Origin: Flavobacteriales bacterium
GTDB taxonomy: Bacteria > Bacteroidota > Bacteroidia > Flavobacteriales_F > PHOS-HE28
Reading direction: 5' to 3'
Assembly (NCBI GenBank): GCA_046306055.1
Contig: JBKDXR010000039.1
Location: 65,039-129,038 of the forward strand
DNA: 64,000 bases
In this document: piece after piece, positions 30,815 to 41,507 of the stretch
How positions within the stretch are numbered: position 1 is the stretch's first letter
Layout of the letters: each line of letters begins with the position of its first letter
Translations under genes and position numbers: made by a program
The notes under the pieces: model-generated
What the model was told of the DNA's origin: nothing
Databases searched by the model: none
Seen by the model: only the letters and a program-made list of their open reading frames with translations

Positions 30815-32214
30815 GGGAGCACTTTACCTGGGTTCATGATCCCTTTGGGGTCGAAGGCCTGCTTCACGGCCCGCATCAAGGCCAACTGCCGGGGATTGAA
30901 AGCGATATCCATATAGGGCCTTTGGACCAGGCCGATGCCGTGCTCGCCACTGATGGTGCCGCCCAGGGAAACGGTCAGTTCGAAGATCTCCCGTATAGCC
31001 TTGGGCAGTTCATGCTCCCAGAACGCATCGCTGAGATCGCCCTTGATGATATTAACGTGGAGGTTGCCATCGCCCGCATGCCCATAGCACACGCTGGAGA
31101 ATCCGTGGCGTGCACCGATCGCCTTCACGCCTTGTAACAACCGGGGCAGCTCGAAGCGCGGCACCACGGTATCCTCCTCCTTGTAGACACTGTGGGCCTT
31201 CACGCTGACCGGTACGCTGCGCCGCATACGCCAAAGGGCGTCCTTTTCGGGCGTGGTCTCTGCAAAGAGCACCTCGCCGCATTCATGCGCCTCCATCACC
31301 CCAAGAATGGTCTCACAATCGCGCATCAGCAGATCGCCGTGGTCACCGTCCACTTCGATGAGCAGGTAGGCGCCGGGTTCAGCGCTCAACTGCGTTGGCA
31401 ACCCCTCAGTGAACCGCATGGTCCATGTGATGGCGTCGCGCTCCATGAACTCCAGGGTACTGGGAATGATCCCGGCCCTGAAGGTGGCACTGACCGCCTC
31501 GCAGGCCTTGATCGCACTGGCGAAGGGCACCAGCATCAAGCGGGTCTCCTTGGGCAGCGGCACCAAGCGGAGAACGGCCTTGGTGATGATGCCCAGCGTG
31601 CCTTCACTGCCCACCACCAAACGGGTAAGATCGTATCCCGTGGCGTTCTTCAGGGTGTTGGCCCCGGTCCAAACCACTTCCCCATCGGGCAACACCACTT
31701 CCAAGTTCAGCACGAAGTCACGGGTCACGCCGTACTTCACGGCCCTGGGACCACCAGCGTTCTCGGCCAGATTGCCTCCAATGGTACAGCTGCCGCGGCT
31801 CGATGGATCGGGCGGGTAGTACAATCCCTTTGAAGCCACCGCCTCCTGTAATACCTGGGTGATCACCCCTGGCTGCACCACCACCTGCAGGTTCTGCTCA
31901 TCAATGCGTTCGATGGCGTTCATGCGGTCCAGCGACAGGCCCACGCCACCATGTACACACAAGGCTCCTCCGCTCAGACCGGTCCGTCCTCCGATCGGAG
32001 TGACGGGTATCTGGTGCTGGGAGCACAGCTTCACCACGGCGGCCACCTCGGCCGTGCTCGTGGCGCGCACCACCACCTCTGGCGGATGCACCAGGTCTTC
32101 TGTCTCATCGTGGCCGTAGTGCTCCAGGTCCTCTTGGGACACCAGTACGTCTCCATTGCCGATCGCGTGGCGCAAACGCTCGATGAACGCACCATCAACT
32201 CGCTGAAATACCAT
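30805..32214 (-). CDS. FAD-linked oxidase (GlcD / D-lactate dehydrogenase family)
   Basis: FAD-binding PCMH domain motifs (PIGGRTGLSGGA) and the C-terminal FAD-oxidase domain (HAGDGNLH, GGTISGEHGIG). Confidence 0.8.
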   Translation of the reverse strand: MVFQRVDGAFIERLRHAIGNGDVLVSQEDLEHYGHDETEDLVHPPEVVVRATSTAEVAAVVKLCSQHQIPVTPIGGRTGLSGGALCVHGGVGLSLDRMNAIERIDEQNLQVVVQPGVITQVLQEAVASKGLYYPPDPSSRGSCTIGGNLAENAGGPRAVKYGVTRDFVLNLEVVLPDGEVVWTGANTLKNATGYDLTRLVVGSEGTLGIITKAVLRLVPLPKETRLMLVPFASAIKACEAVSATFRAGIIPSTLEFMERDAITWTMRFTEGLPTQLSAEPGAYLLIEVDGDHGDLLMRDCETILGVMEAHECGEVLFAETTPEKDALWRMRRSVPVSVKAHSVYKEEDTVVPRFELPRLLQGVKAIGARHGFSSVCYGHAGDGNLHVNIIKGDLSDAFWEHELPKAIREIFELTVSLGGTISGEHGIGLVQRPYMDIAFNPRQLALMRAVKQAFDPKGIMNPGKVLPQA

Positions 32215-32254
32215 GGTGCGAAAGTAGCTGCGTAGCGGTCGCCATCTTTGTATC

Positions 32255-33070
32255 ATGTCCAACGAACCATCGAGCTTGACGATCAAAGAGCGCCTGTACC
32301 GCATCATCTTCGGATCGGATACCCCGGCAGGCCGTCGGTTCGATGTGGCCCTGCTCTATCTGATCCTGATCAGTATGGCCTTGGTCATGCTGGAAAGTGT
32401 GCAGGAGGTGGAGCGGGATTGGGGTACCTGGTTGCGCACGGCCGAGTGGTCCATCACCGTCCTCTTCACCGTGGAGTACATCCTTCGCCTTTGGGTCTCA
32501 CCGAAGCCCTGGCACTATGCGACCAGTTTCTTCGGCATCGTGGACCTGCTCGCCATCATTCCCACCTATCTGGGATTACTCGTACCAGGGGCTGGATCGC
32601 TTACGCTGGTCCGCGCATTGCGGCTCGTACGTGTCTTCCGTATCCTCAATCTGTTGGAGTATGTCCGCGAGGCCCGGCTGCTGTTGCTCGCCTTGCTGGC
32701 CAGTAGGCACCGGATCATTGTGTTCATGCTCGCCGTGCTGGCCATGGTCACTGTGTTCGGCGCCATCATGTACGTGGTGGAGACGCCCGGGTCCGGGTTC
32801 ACGAGCATACCCCGCAGCATCTACTGGGCCATCGTTACGCTGACCACGGTGGGTTACGGCGACATCGCCCCGACAACCACCCTGGGACAGACCATTGCCT
32901 CGGCCATCATGATCCTGGGCTACGCGATCATTGCCATACCAACGGGCATCGTGAGCGTGGAGCTCGCCCGGCAGAGCCGCGGAGGGGCGAAAAAGGCCTG
33001 TACCAACTGCGGGCGCACTGAGCACCCGGACGACGCACGCTACTGCGCCTCCTGCGGTAAACCGCTCTAG
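32255..33070 (+). CDS. voltage-gated K+ channel (6TM Kv-like) with C-terminal zinc-ribbon
   Basis: S4 helix with Arg every third residue (LVRALRLVRVFRILNLL). K+ selectivity filter TTVGYGD. C-terminal CTNCG...CASCG zinc-ribbon. Confidence 0.8.
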   Translation: MSNEPSSLTIKERLYRIIFGSDTPAGRRFDVALLYLILISMALVMLESVQEVERDWGTWLRTAEWSITVLFTVEYILRLWVSPKPWHYATSFFGIVDLLAIIPTYLGLLVPGAGSLTLVRALRLVRVFRILNLLEYVREARLLLLALLASRHRIIVFMLAVLAMVTVFGAIMYVVETPGSGFTSIPRSIYWAIVTLTTVGYGDIAPTTTLGQTIASAIMILGYAIIAIPTGIVSVELARQSRGGAKKACTNCGRTEHPDDARYCASCGKPL

Positions 33071-33083
33071 GTGAAAGTCGAAC

Positions 33084-36000
33084 TCATTGCACCAAGGTGA
33101 CGTGCCCGACGAAGTCGCGGGCATCGCCATCCCTTTCCACGATCACCTTCCACACGTAGACGTCGATCACGGTCTCCTGGCCTCCCACCCGGCCATCCCA
33201 TTCCGCCTCGCGGTCGGTGGTCCGGTAGATCTCCTTGCCCCATCGATCGAAGATCAGCAACGTGTAGTTCCATGTACTGAAGCCGTTCAGCACCGGCCTG
33301 AACCCTTCATTGCGTCCATCGCCATTGGGACTGAACGCGTTGGGCACATACACCAACGGATCGGCCCGCACACCGATCAACTTGCAGGTGGTGTCCGGGC
33401 AACCAAGCTCGTTGATGGCCACCAGGCAAGTGGTGAACGGACCGCCATCGGCAGGATACAGGTGCAACGGATGCACGTCGGTACTGGTAGTGGCGTCGCC
33501 GAAGTCCCAGTTGTAGTTCACCGCGCCCTGGCTCTCGTTGTTGAACCGGACCGCATTTCGCACATTGGCCACGGTGTCGGTACTGAACGCTGCCGTTGGC
33601 GTCGGATGCACCAGTACTGCTCCGGGCACAACCAAGGTATCTGCACACCCGCCGGCCCCTGTGGCGATCAGGGTCACGCTGTATGAACCCTCGTTGGCGT
33701 AAGTGTGCTGGGGAGCATCGGCCTGGGATGAGCTGCCATCACCCAGGGTCCATTGATAGCTCTGTGCGTTCACCGAGGTATTGATGAACTGCAGCGGGTA
33801 TCGGGCGCATGCTGGCTGAGGTTGTAACGTGAAGGATGCATCGGGTGTAGGATGCACAATGAACTGCTGCGTGGCCACATGCTCACAACCATACTGGTTC
33901 GTAGACGTGAGCGAGACCGTATAGGTGCCCGGTCCATCGAACGTGATCGAAGGTTCGTTCAGCACCGACGTGTTCCCGTTACCCAGGTCCCACGCGTAAC
34001 CAATGGCCGACTGCGAATTATTGATGGTCTGCACGGTCACAGGTGAAGTACAGCTGGAATAGGCCGATAGCTCGAACGCACTGGTGGGCAAGGGGAATGC
34101 CACCACTGGCATGCTCAGAGTGTCGGTGCATCCATTGAGGTTCTCTGCAACGAGCGTTACCGAATAAGTGTCCGCAGTGGTGTATGTGTGCGTTGGCGTG
34201 GATGAGCCTGAGGTATTGCCGTCACCGAAGTCCCATTGATAGAAATCAGCGCCAGTGCTGCTGTTGGCGAAGTTGACCTCCAGATCAATGCACCCCGATC
34301 CGGGCTGTGGAGTGAATGAAGCCACGGGCGTTGTGCCGACAGTGACCTGTTGCACAAGCGTGGCCGTGCAACCATCGGGCGCTGAGGTGACGGTCAGCGA
34401 CACGGCATAAGTGCCTCCGGTGGCATAGGCATGCTCCGGTGCGGATAGTAGGGAACCGGTGCCATCGCCAAAGTCCCAGCTCACGCTGGCACTGTTCGGC
34501 GTGGTGTTCGTGAAGGTGAACGGCTCACCAGCGCATACCGTGCTTGGAGTGGTGGTAAAGCTGACCGCTGGTGAAGGCAATACAGTGACCGTGGTGGCAT
34601 ACTGATCGAACCCGCAACCGAAAGCGGACAGTTCGATGACGTAGGTGCCAGCGTTCACGAAGGTGTGCGAGGGTGCATCGGCAATGCTGAAGTTCCCATC
34701 ACCGAACGACCACAAGAGAGCGGTATCGCCGCTGCTATAGTTGGTCAGGTCCACTGTGAGCGGACCACAACCCACCACCGGGTCCGTATTGAAAAAGGCC
34801 GTTACCTCGTTAGGCACCACACCGATCACCTGTTGGGCCGTATCGCTTCCACACTGGTTGGCCACGACCAAGGTGATCGTGTAGTGGACCGTGGAATCCA
34901 CATCCACCAAATAGGCATGCGTCACAATGGGACCGGGATCGCTGCTCGTACCGCCATCGCCGAAATCCCACGTGAACGTGTCGGGCAAACCATAGCTCGC
35001 ATTCCCGAAAGGGACATCGCTATAGGCGCAATGCAGGTTCACGTTCGGCCCGAAGACCGCCGTGGGGGATGGGATGACAGTTACCGGGGCACTATCGCTG
35101 TCCGCCCCACAGGCGTTCGTGGCCGTGAGGGTCACGTTGTAAACGGCGGCCTGCTGTGGATCGGGTGGGAAGGTGAAACTGCCGGGCCACTGGTCGGTGC
35201 TACTTCCAAGGCCGCCGAAGTCCCACACATAGGTTAGGCCATCGCCTAACGAGGTATTGTCCGGATCTACGGTCAGGGGGCCGCATCCTTCATCGGTGCT
35301 GAGTGCCAATTGAGCTTCAGGCACATCCCAAACCTGTACCGTACTGTAAGTGGTATCGGAACAACCGGCTCCGGTAATGGCCACCAAGCGTACCGTGTAA
35401 ATTCCAGTTGTTGTGTAGGTGTGCTGTGGCGACATCGCGAACGATACACCTCCGTCGCCGAAGTCCCACTCCGCACTTGTGGCACCAATGCTGGCATTCG
35501 CGAAGCCAAAGGACACACCGGCGCAAGCCACCGGCCCATTCGTGAAGTCGGCCACTGGCAGGGGTTGAACGGTCACGGTGGCCCCGTCGCTATTGCTGCA
35601 ACCGCTGGCTGGATCGGTGTACAGATAGGTCACTGGGTTGCCGCCCGGTAAGGCCAGCAATGGATCGAACTCGCCGGTGATGGGGTCCACTCCCACCCCG
35701 CTCCATGTACCACCGGTTGGCGTAGCTGTCAGCACTTGCACACCACCATCGAGACAAACGGCGATATCGTTGCCGGCATCGACCACCGGCAGATCGTTCA
35801 CCACCACGTTCACCTGGTCCTGAAGCAAGCAGGTGCCCGTTCCAATGGAATAAGTCAACGTGTAGCTACCAGCGACCGATGTGGAGAGCACACCTGCAGG
35901 GCTCACCTGCGGACCGCTCCAGGTGCCGCCGACAGGCGTTGCATTCAATTGCAGCGGACCACTTCCCACGCACACAGCGGTATCGGCTCCCGCATTGGCC

Positions 36001-39000
36001 GGATCGATCACGGGCTGCACGTCCACCGTGGCCTGGTCGCTCGCTGTGCATCCATTGGCATCGACCAACGTGTAGGTGATCACATCAGAGCCCACACCGG
36101 AAGGCAACAGCTCATTGGATGCGTTGATGGTCATCCAACCCGCGCTCCACGTGCCTCCCGCAGGTGAACCGCTCAACGGGAAGGGTATCGGCTGATCGCA
36201 CAGGACCAGGTCCGGCCCTGCGTTCACTGTAGGAATGGCGTTCACCGTGGCATTCACGGTGGCGGTGGAAACGCACCCGTTCGCGTTCTGGTAGGTGTAG
36301 GTCAGCACTTGTGTTCCGGGAGAAACAGCGCCGGGATCAAAGCTCCAGGGCGGCCCTGAAACGCCATTGCCCGTCCAGCTACCTCCTGCGGGAGTACCTG
36401 TCAGCGCAACAGCGGCAGCATCGGCACAACGGCTGAAGGCAGGCATAACGTTGAGCAAGGTTGCGGGCACAACGCTCACTTGTACTTGATCGCTCGTAGC
36501 GCACGTGCCTGTGCCGTAGGCATAGGTCAGCGTGAAATTCCCGGTGGCACTGGGCGTGTACCAACCGCCGGCTGCGGCGCCGGTCCACGTTCCACCGGCC
36601 GGCGACGAACCTTGCAATTGCACGGGTGTGGTCCCCTGACACAAAGTGGTATCCGCACCTGCATTGGCGAACTGCGGAACATCCTGGACCGTTATCGGGA
36701 CCTGGGCCGTGCTCGTGCAGCCATTTGCATTCACGTAGGTATAGGTCAGTACGAACACCCCGAGCGAATCCGGTATCGGGGTGAAGACACCGCCAGCGGT
36801 CACCAAGGGACCGCTCCATGTACCTCCTGTCGGCGATGCGCCCGCCAACGTGACAGGTATGGCCTGGTCGCAAAAGGTCTGAGCGGTGCCTGCTGTGGTG
36901 GGTGTAGGCTGATACACGGTCATGGTCACCGTGGTATTTCCCGGACAGCCACCCACATCACCGGTCACGGTGTAGGTCGTGGTAACGGTCGGAGTCGCCG
37001 TAAAGGTCGGACCCGTACCCACCTGGGTTGATCCGATATACCATTGGTAATTACCCGCGCCGCTCGCCGTGAAGGTGGCACTGCCGCCGTTACACACGGC
37101 CGCGGTATTCGGCGTTACAGAGACCGTTGGTGCCGCAACCACCAGCACGTTCACGATGGTGGCCGGGCTCTGGCAACCATTGCTCACCGCCACCACGGTA
37201 TACTGACCGGCATTGGCAGCCGACGCGTTCGGAATGGTGAATGCCGCCTGGTTGGAGACCACGTTGCCTCCCGGACCGGTCCAGATGTAGCTCACTCCTG
37301 CCCCGCCGTTGGCCGTAAAGGAAATGGTCTGTCCGGCGCATACCGGACTGTTGCTCGATGCAGCAGGCGCAGCAGGTGCCGTGCCAATGGACAGGTTCGC
37401 GTTGGACGTGGCTTGTCCGCATGCATTCACCACAGTGAGGGATAGCGTGGGGTTTCCCGCATTCGCAAAACACACCTGACCCGGTGCCAGCGTGTTCGCG
37501 TTGGCAGGAGTTCCTCCCGGGAAGTTCCACGTGTAACTGGTGATCGGCGCGCCGCAATCCTGCACCGTGGCAGAGGGGTTCACACATTGCCCGGCACAGA
37601 TGCCGCTCAAGGCCGCGGTGCTCACCTGTGGCGGCGCGTTCACCACCACCTGCTGCGTGATCGGCGGTACGTTGCAGGTGTTCACTGCGCGGAACTGAAC
37701 GGTATACGTTCCGGGCTGATCGAACAGGAAGCTCGGCTGGAACGCCGTGGAAGAAATGCTCGTGGCCGTACCCGTGGCACAGGATGATGCAGTGCCGTTC
37801 ACGTTCCACTGCCAGGTGGTCTGGCAACTGTTCGGGCTGTTCGTCGAGTTGGTGGTGGTCACGTTCAGCGGAACACAACCGGTATTGGCGGAAAGCGTGA
37901 ACGCAGGCACCGGAGGTTCTTCCACACAAATGGTGCGCGACAGGGTATGAAGTCCGCAACTATTACCGGTAAGGTCGGTGATGGTGTAGGTGCCCGCCAC
38001 GGTGAACTGCAGGTTCAAGGTGGTACTACCATCGGTCCACAAGCCGGGGTTGGCCGGGTTGCCATTGTCGTTGCCCAAGGTGCCTGACGCAATGTTCCAT
38101 CCCGTGGATGGCGTGACGGACCAGATGTTGCGCGGAGCCGTGGCACAACCCGGTGCTGTAAGCCCGATGCTCTGGTCGGTGAAGCTCACCGTGGTGTTCA
38201 CACAAGCCGTATCGTTCGGCGCCAGGGTGAACTGTGCCTGCGGAGTTTCGCTCACCCGGATGGGGCCGATCTGCCCCTGCGTCTGGTCGCACGGGTTCTG
38301 TGCAGTGAATGTGACGTTGAGCTGCCCTCCAGCAAGGCCGCAGGTGGACGTGGTGTACGTGTGATTGACAACGGCAGGCGGCGGATGGGCCAGGGTCACG
38401 CTATTGCCATCGCCGAAGTTGATGATGTAGGTGGTGCCCGGCGAATTGCCCGCAACGGAATTGATGTAGAAGGGCAGCGTGCCACCCGTACAGATGTTCG
38501 TGTTCGGGTCCGTACTGATACCTCCGCCGGGGTTGGTACCAAGAAAGACCTGGTATTGCTGGCTGCGAATGCATCCGTTCGGGTAGGCGATGGTGTAGGT
38601 CATCGTCCAGAGCCCTTGCGCATAGTTGTGGCTCAAGCTCCATCCTTGCGAGGGGTTCTCGACCGGCGAGCCATCGCCCCAGTTGATGCTGCGCACCGCG
38701 CCCGGTACGTTGGCGCTCTGGTCAGTGAAGCTGAAGTTCCAAGAACCACTGGGATCGCAGATGCTGAACGTGGTGAGGTTGTTGAACGTGGTGATCTGCT
38801 CCGGACCGGTGGTGGTGAGCAAGGCCGGTGGCGCAGGGTTCACGTTGATCGTGATGCTGTCCGTGGCCGTGCAATTGTTGTCGTCGGTGACCGTGAGCGT
38901 GTACACGGTGGTCACCGTGGGTGATGCGCTCGGGTTGGCAACGTTGGGGTTGCTCAACCCTGTGGCGGGCGACCAGCTGTAACTGTAGGGCTGCTGTCCA

Positions 39001-39170
39001 TTATTGGCCGAACCGTTCAATTGCTGCGACGCACCCTCGCAAATGGTATACTGCGTTGGCCCCGCGTTCGCAGTGAAATTACAGGGCTGGGCATGTACGA
39101 CCTGCACCCAGAACAAGGGCACAAGCACGGCAAGCCAGCGTAGCGGACCGTTCATTTTTCGAGCACACAT
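33084..39170 (-). CDS. giant (~2030 aa) PKD-repeat surface protein with T9SS type B CTD
   Basis: Signal peptide. At least 10 PKD-like repeats carrying the WDFGDG signature, plus SprB/Ig-like Cys-containing repeats. C-terminal PNAFSPNGDGRNEGF...FDRWG...GHVTLVQ. Alternative starts at 39176 (GTG), 39170 or 39155 (ATG). Confidence 0.8.
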   Translation of the reverse strand: MCARKMNGPLRWLAVLVPLFWVQVVHAQPCNFTANAGPTQYTICEGASQQLNGSANNGQQPYSYSWSPATGLSNPNVANPSASPTVTTVYTLTVTDDNNCTATDSITINVNPAPPALLTTTGPEQITTFNNLTTFSICDPSGSWNFSFTDQSANVPGAVRSINWGDGSPVENPSQGWSLSHNYAQGLWTMTYTIAYPNGCIRSQQYQVFLGTNPGGGISTDPNTNICTGGTLPFYINSVAGNSPGTTYIINFGDGNSVTLAHPPPAVVNHTYTTSTCGLAGGQLNVTFTAQNPCDQTQGQIGPIRVSETPQAQFTLAPNDTACVNTTVSFTDQSIGLTAPGCATAPRNIWSVTPSTGWNIASGTLGNDNGNPANPGLWTDGSTTLNLQFTVAGTYTITDLTGNSCGLHTLSRTICVEEPPVPAFTLSANTGCVPLNVTTTNSTNSPNSCQTTWQWNVNGTASSCATGTATSISSTAFQPSFLFDQPGTYTVQFRAVNTCNVPPITQQVVVNAPPQVSTAALSGICAGQCVNPSATVQDCGAPITSYTWNFPGGTPANANTLAPGQVCFANAGNPTLSLTVVNACGQATSNANLSIGTAPAAPAASSNSPVCAGQTISFTANGGAGVSYIWTGPGGNVVSNQAAFTIPNASAANAGQYTVVAVSNGCQSPATIVNVLVVAAPTVSVTPNTAAVCNGGSATFTASGAGNYQWYIGSTQVGTGPTFTATPTVTTTYTVTGDVGGCPGNTTVTMTVYQPTPTTAGTAQTFCDQAIPVTLAGASPTGGTWSGPLVTAGGVFTPIPDSLGVFVLTYTYVNANGCTSTAQVPITVQDVPQFANAGADTTLCQGTTPVQLQGSSPAGGTWTGAAAGGWYTPSATGNFTLTYAYGTGTCATSDQVQVSVVPATLLNVMPAFSRCADAAAVALTGTPAGGSWTGNGVSGPPWSFDPGAVSPGTQVLTYTYQNANGCVSTATVNATVNAIPTVNAGPDLVLCDQPIPFPLSGSPAGGTWSAGWMTINASNELLPSGVGSDVITYTLVDANGCTASDQATVDVQPVIDPANAGADTAVCVGSGPLQLNATPVGGTWSGPQVSPAGVLSTSVAGSYTLTYSIGTGTCLLQDQVNVVVNDLPVVDAGNDIAVCLDGGVQVLTATPTGGTWSGVGVDPITGEFDPLLALPGGNPVTYLYTDPASGCSNSDGATVTVQPLPVADFTNGPVACAGVSFGFANASIGATSAEWDFGDGGVSFAMSPQHTYTTTGIYTVRLVAITGAGCSDTTYSTVQVWDVPEAQLALSTDEGCGPLTVDPDNTSLGDGLTYVWDFGGLGSSTDQWPGSFTFPPDPQQAAVYNVTLTATNACGADSDSAPVTVIPSPTAVFGPNVNLHCAYSDVPFGNASYGLPDTFTWDFGDGGTSSDPGPIVTHAYLVDVDSTVHYTITLVVANQCGSDTAQQVIGVVPNEVTAFFNTDPVVGCGPLTVDLTNYSSGDTALLWSFGDGNFSIADAPSHTFVNAGTYVIELSAFGCGFDQYATTVTVLPSPAVSFTTTPSTVCAGEPFTFTNTTPNSASVSWDFGDGTGSLLSAPEHAYATGGTYAVSLTVTSAPDGCTATLVQQVTVGTTPVASFTPQPGSGCIDLEVNFANSSTGADFYQWDFGDGNTSGSSTPTHTYTTADTYSVTLVAENLNGCTDTLSMPVVAFPLPTSAFELSAYSSCTSPVTVQTINNSQSAIGYAWDLGNGNTSVLNEPSITFDGPGTYTVSLTSTNQYGCEHVATQQFIVHPTPDASFTLQPQPACARYPLQFINTSVNAQSYQWTLGDGSSSQADAPQHTYANEGSYSVTLIATGAGGCADTLVVPGAVLVHPTPTAAFSTDTVANVRNAVRFNNESQGAVNYNWDFGDATTSTDVHPLHLYPADGGPFTTCLVAINELGCPDTTCKLIGVRADPLVYVPNAFSPNGDGRNEGFRPVLNGFSTWNYTLLIFDRWGKEIYRTTDREAEWDGRVGGQETVIDVYVWKVIVERDGDARDFVGHVTLVQ

Positions 39171-39303
39171 TAGCACCTACGAAGGTACCCGGACCTGTAG
39201 ACGCGTGCAGCGTCAAGACCACTGGTTATCAACGGCATCGTGTGATCAAGACGTTCGTTTGTGACGAACAGTTGCCCTTTGCGCCGATCAGCAGTTCCAG
39301 CGA

Positions 39304-39954
39304 TCAACTTCCCGTCAAGGCCGTCCGGATGCGCTCGGAGACCTCTGCCGCGCGATCGAACACCATGAAATGGCCACCTCCTTTGACCACAATAGGCTGT
39401 TCGATGTACCCGATGGGCATCAGCCGGTCGTGGTCGCCATGGATATGGACCAGGCCCTTGGCGCGTGCCAAAGGACCATCCCAGCTCAGGCAGGCATTGA
39501 TCTGCACTTTCAACTGGGCCAGCGTGTGCACCATCAGCAGGCCGTCGAAGAGCGTGCTGCTCTCGGCCGACTCCACCCCCATCTGCCAGCGCATGAACGG
39601 CAGCGAACGCTGGATGAACACCTTGGAAAGAATGCGCTCGGGATGTGTGCCACGCAACAACTTCAGCGGCGGCGGCATTTCCTGCGGACCCTTCCAGCTG
39701 GAAACGATCACCACTCGTTCGGGCCTCGACAAAATGGCCAGTTCCTGCGCTACCATACCGCCCATGCTCACGCCGATCAGGGTATGAGGTCGCTTGGTAT
39801 CCACTTTTGCGGCCAATACCGAAGCATAGTCCCGCAAGAGGCTGCCTTCGGGCATTTCCGGCCAATCCAGGTAGTGGATCGTGTGACCGGGCAGATCGAG
39901 CTTGCCGAACAACCGATGATCGGCACCCAGTCCCGGTAACAGGTACAGGTCCAT
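39304..39954 (-). CDS. alpha/beta hydrolase
   Basis: GVSMGG nucleophile elbow, downstream Asp/His region (HGDHDRLMP). Confidence 0.7.
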   Translation of the reverse strand: MDLYLLPGLGADHRLFGKLDLPGHTIHYLDWPEMPEGSLLRDYASVLAAKVDTKRPHTLIGVSMGGMVAQELAILSRPERVVIVSSWKGPQEMPPPLKLLRGTHPERILSKVFIQRSLPFMRWQMGVESAESSTLFDGLLMVHTLAQLKVQINACLSWDGPLARAKGLVHIHGDHDRLMPIGYIEQPIVVKGGGHFMVFDRAAEVSERIRTALTGS

Positions 39955-39956
39955 GC

Positions 39957-41462
39957 TCAGAACAAGGGGCAGCTGCGCACGAAGGCCAGCGCGGCCTCCA
40001 TTCGATCATGCATCACCACATCGGTGCGCACGAAGGCCACCTCCTCCCGGAACGCGGCAACCAACGACTCCAGTTTGGAAGAGCTCCGCTGCGGACGCCG
40101 GAACTCCAGCGCCTGGGCCGCAGTGAACAGCTCGATGGCGAGCACGCGCTCCACATCGTGCACCACCTGCCAGGTCTTGATCGCTGCGGCGGCGCCCATG
40201 CTCACATGATCCTCCTGTCCGTTGCTGCTGTCGATGGTGTCCACGCTGTTGGGCATGCACCGCTGTTTATTGGCGCTTACCAGTGATGCAGCGGTGTACT
40301 GCGGGATCATGAAGCCACTGTTGAGGCCCGGTTCGGCCACCAGGAAAGCGGGCAAGCCGCGCTGACCGCCGATGAGCTTGAAGGTTCGGCGCTCACTAAT
40401 GCTGCCCAGTTCGGCAACGGCGATGGCCAGGAAGTCGAGGGCCAGGGCCAGGGGTTGTCCGTGGAAATTACCGGCGCTGACGATCAGGTCCTCGTCATCG
40501 AACACCGTGGGGTTGTCGGTCACGCTCTCCAGCTCGCGCTCCACCACGCGCTCCACGTAGGCAATGGCATCGCGACTGGCCCCATGCACCTGGGGGATGC
40601 AACGGAAGGAGTAAGGGTCCTGCACGTGGGCCTTCTTCCGTTTGATAAGTTCACTGCCCTTGAGCAGCTCACGGAAATGGCCGGCCACCACCGCCTGTCC
40701 CGGATGCGGACGTACGGCATGCACCGAGGCATGGAACGGCTCCAGGCGGCCATCGAAGGCATCGAGCGAGACCGCACCGATGATGTCCGCCAATTGGGCC
40801 AGGCGTGTGGCCTTCAGTGTGAGCAGCGACGCATAGGCGTTCATGAACTGCGTACCGTTCAACAGGGCCAGGCCTTCCTTGGGCCCCAGTTCCAGCGGCT
40901 TCCAGCCGAGCTTCTTCAACGCCTGTGCACTGCTCATTCGCTTGCCGGCCAGCACCACTTCACCCAGGCCCAGCAAGGGCAGGCTCAGGTGCGCCAACGG
41001 GGCCAGGTCGCCACTGGCGCCGAGCGAGCCGCGCTCGTACACCACCGGTAGCATATCGGCATTGTACATGTCCACCAATCGCTGAACGGTGGCCAGCGCC
41101 ACGGCGCTGTGCCCGAAGGCCATGTTCTGGACCTTCAGCACCAGCATGGCCCGCACGATCTCGGAAGGCACCGGGTCACCGCTGCCGCAGGCGTGGCTCA
41201 TCACCAGGTTCTTCTGCAACTGCGCCAGGTCCTTCTTCGCAATGGACCTGTCGTAGAGCGAACCGAAACCCGTGTTGACGCCATAGATGGGGGCATCGCT
41301 CTGCTTCAGTTTGTTGCTGAGGTAGGCGTGGCTGCGCTTGATGGCGGCCACTGCTTCGGGGCTCAGACCAATGGGGGTACCACTGTTGAGGATGTGGGCC
41401 AGTTCGCTCAGTTCGAGGCCAACGGTGCCGATGGGATGGTGTGTCGGAGGCATGGGGTTCAT
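39957..41462 (-). CDS. hutH: histidine ammonia-lyase family (HAL/aromatic ammonia-lyase, MIO enzyme)
   Basis: MIO-forming ASG triad in GSLGASGDLAPLAH. Overall colinear with HutH. HAL versus TAL/PAL substrate specificity cannot be settled by eye. Confidence 0.8.
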   Translation of the reverse strand: MNPMPPTHHPIGTVGLELSELAHILNSGTPIGLSPEAVAAIKRSHAYLSNKLKQSDAPIYGVNTGFGSLYDRSIAKKDLAQLQKNLVMSHACGSGDPVPSEIVRAMLVLKVQNMAFGHSAVALATVQRLVDMYNADMLPVVYERGSLGASGDLAPLAHLSLPLLGLGEVVLAGKRMSSAQALKKLGWKPLELGPKEGLALLNGTQFMNAYASLLTLKATRLAQLADIIGAVSLDAFDGRLEPFHASVHAVRPHPGQAVVAGHFRELLKGSELIKRKKAHVQDPYSFRCIPQVHGASRDAIAYVERVVERELESVTDNPTVFDDEDLIVSAGNFHGQPLALALDFLAIAVAELGSISERRTFKLIGGQRGLPAFLVAEPGLNSGFMIPQYTAASLVSANKQRCMPNSVDTIDSSNGQEDHVSMGAAAAIKTWQVVHDVERVLAIELFTAAQALEFRRPQRSSSKLESLVAAFREEVAFVRTDVVMHDRMEAALAFVRSCPLF

Positions 41463-41507
41463 TGTGGAATGGTCGACCCGGAGGTCGACGGTGCCGACGG
41501 TGTTCGA

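Noticed and set aside
33094-33117. Hairpin TGCCCGaCGA-ag-TCGCGGGCA just after the K+ channel stop
   Set aside because: It lies inside the coding 3' end of the 6.1 kb adhesin gene (33084-39170). It is probably incidental GC-rich self-complementarity, at best a weak convergent terminator.
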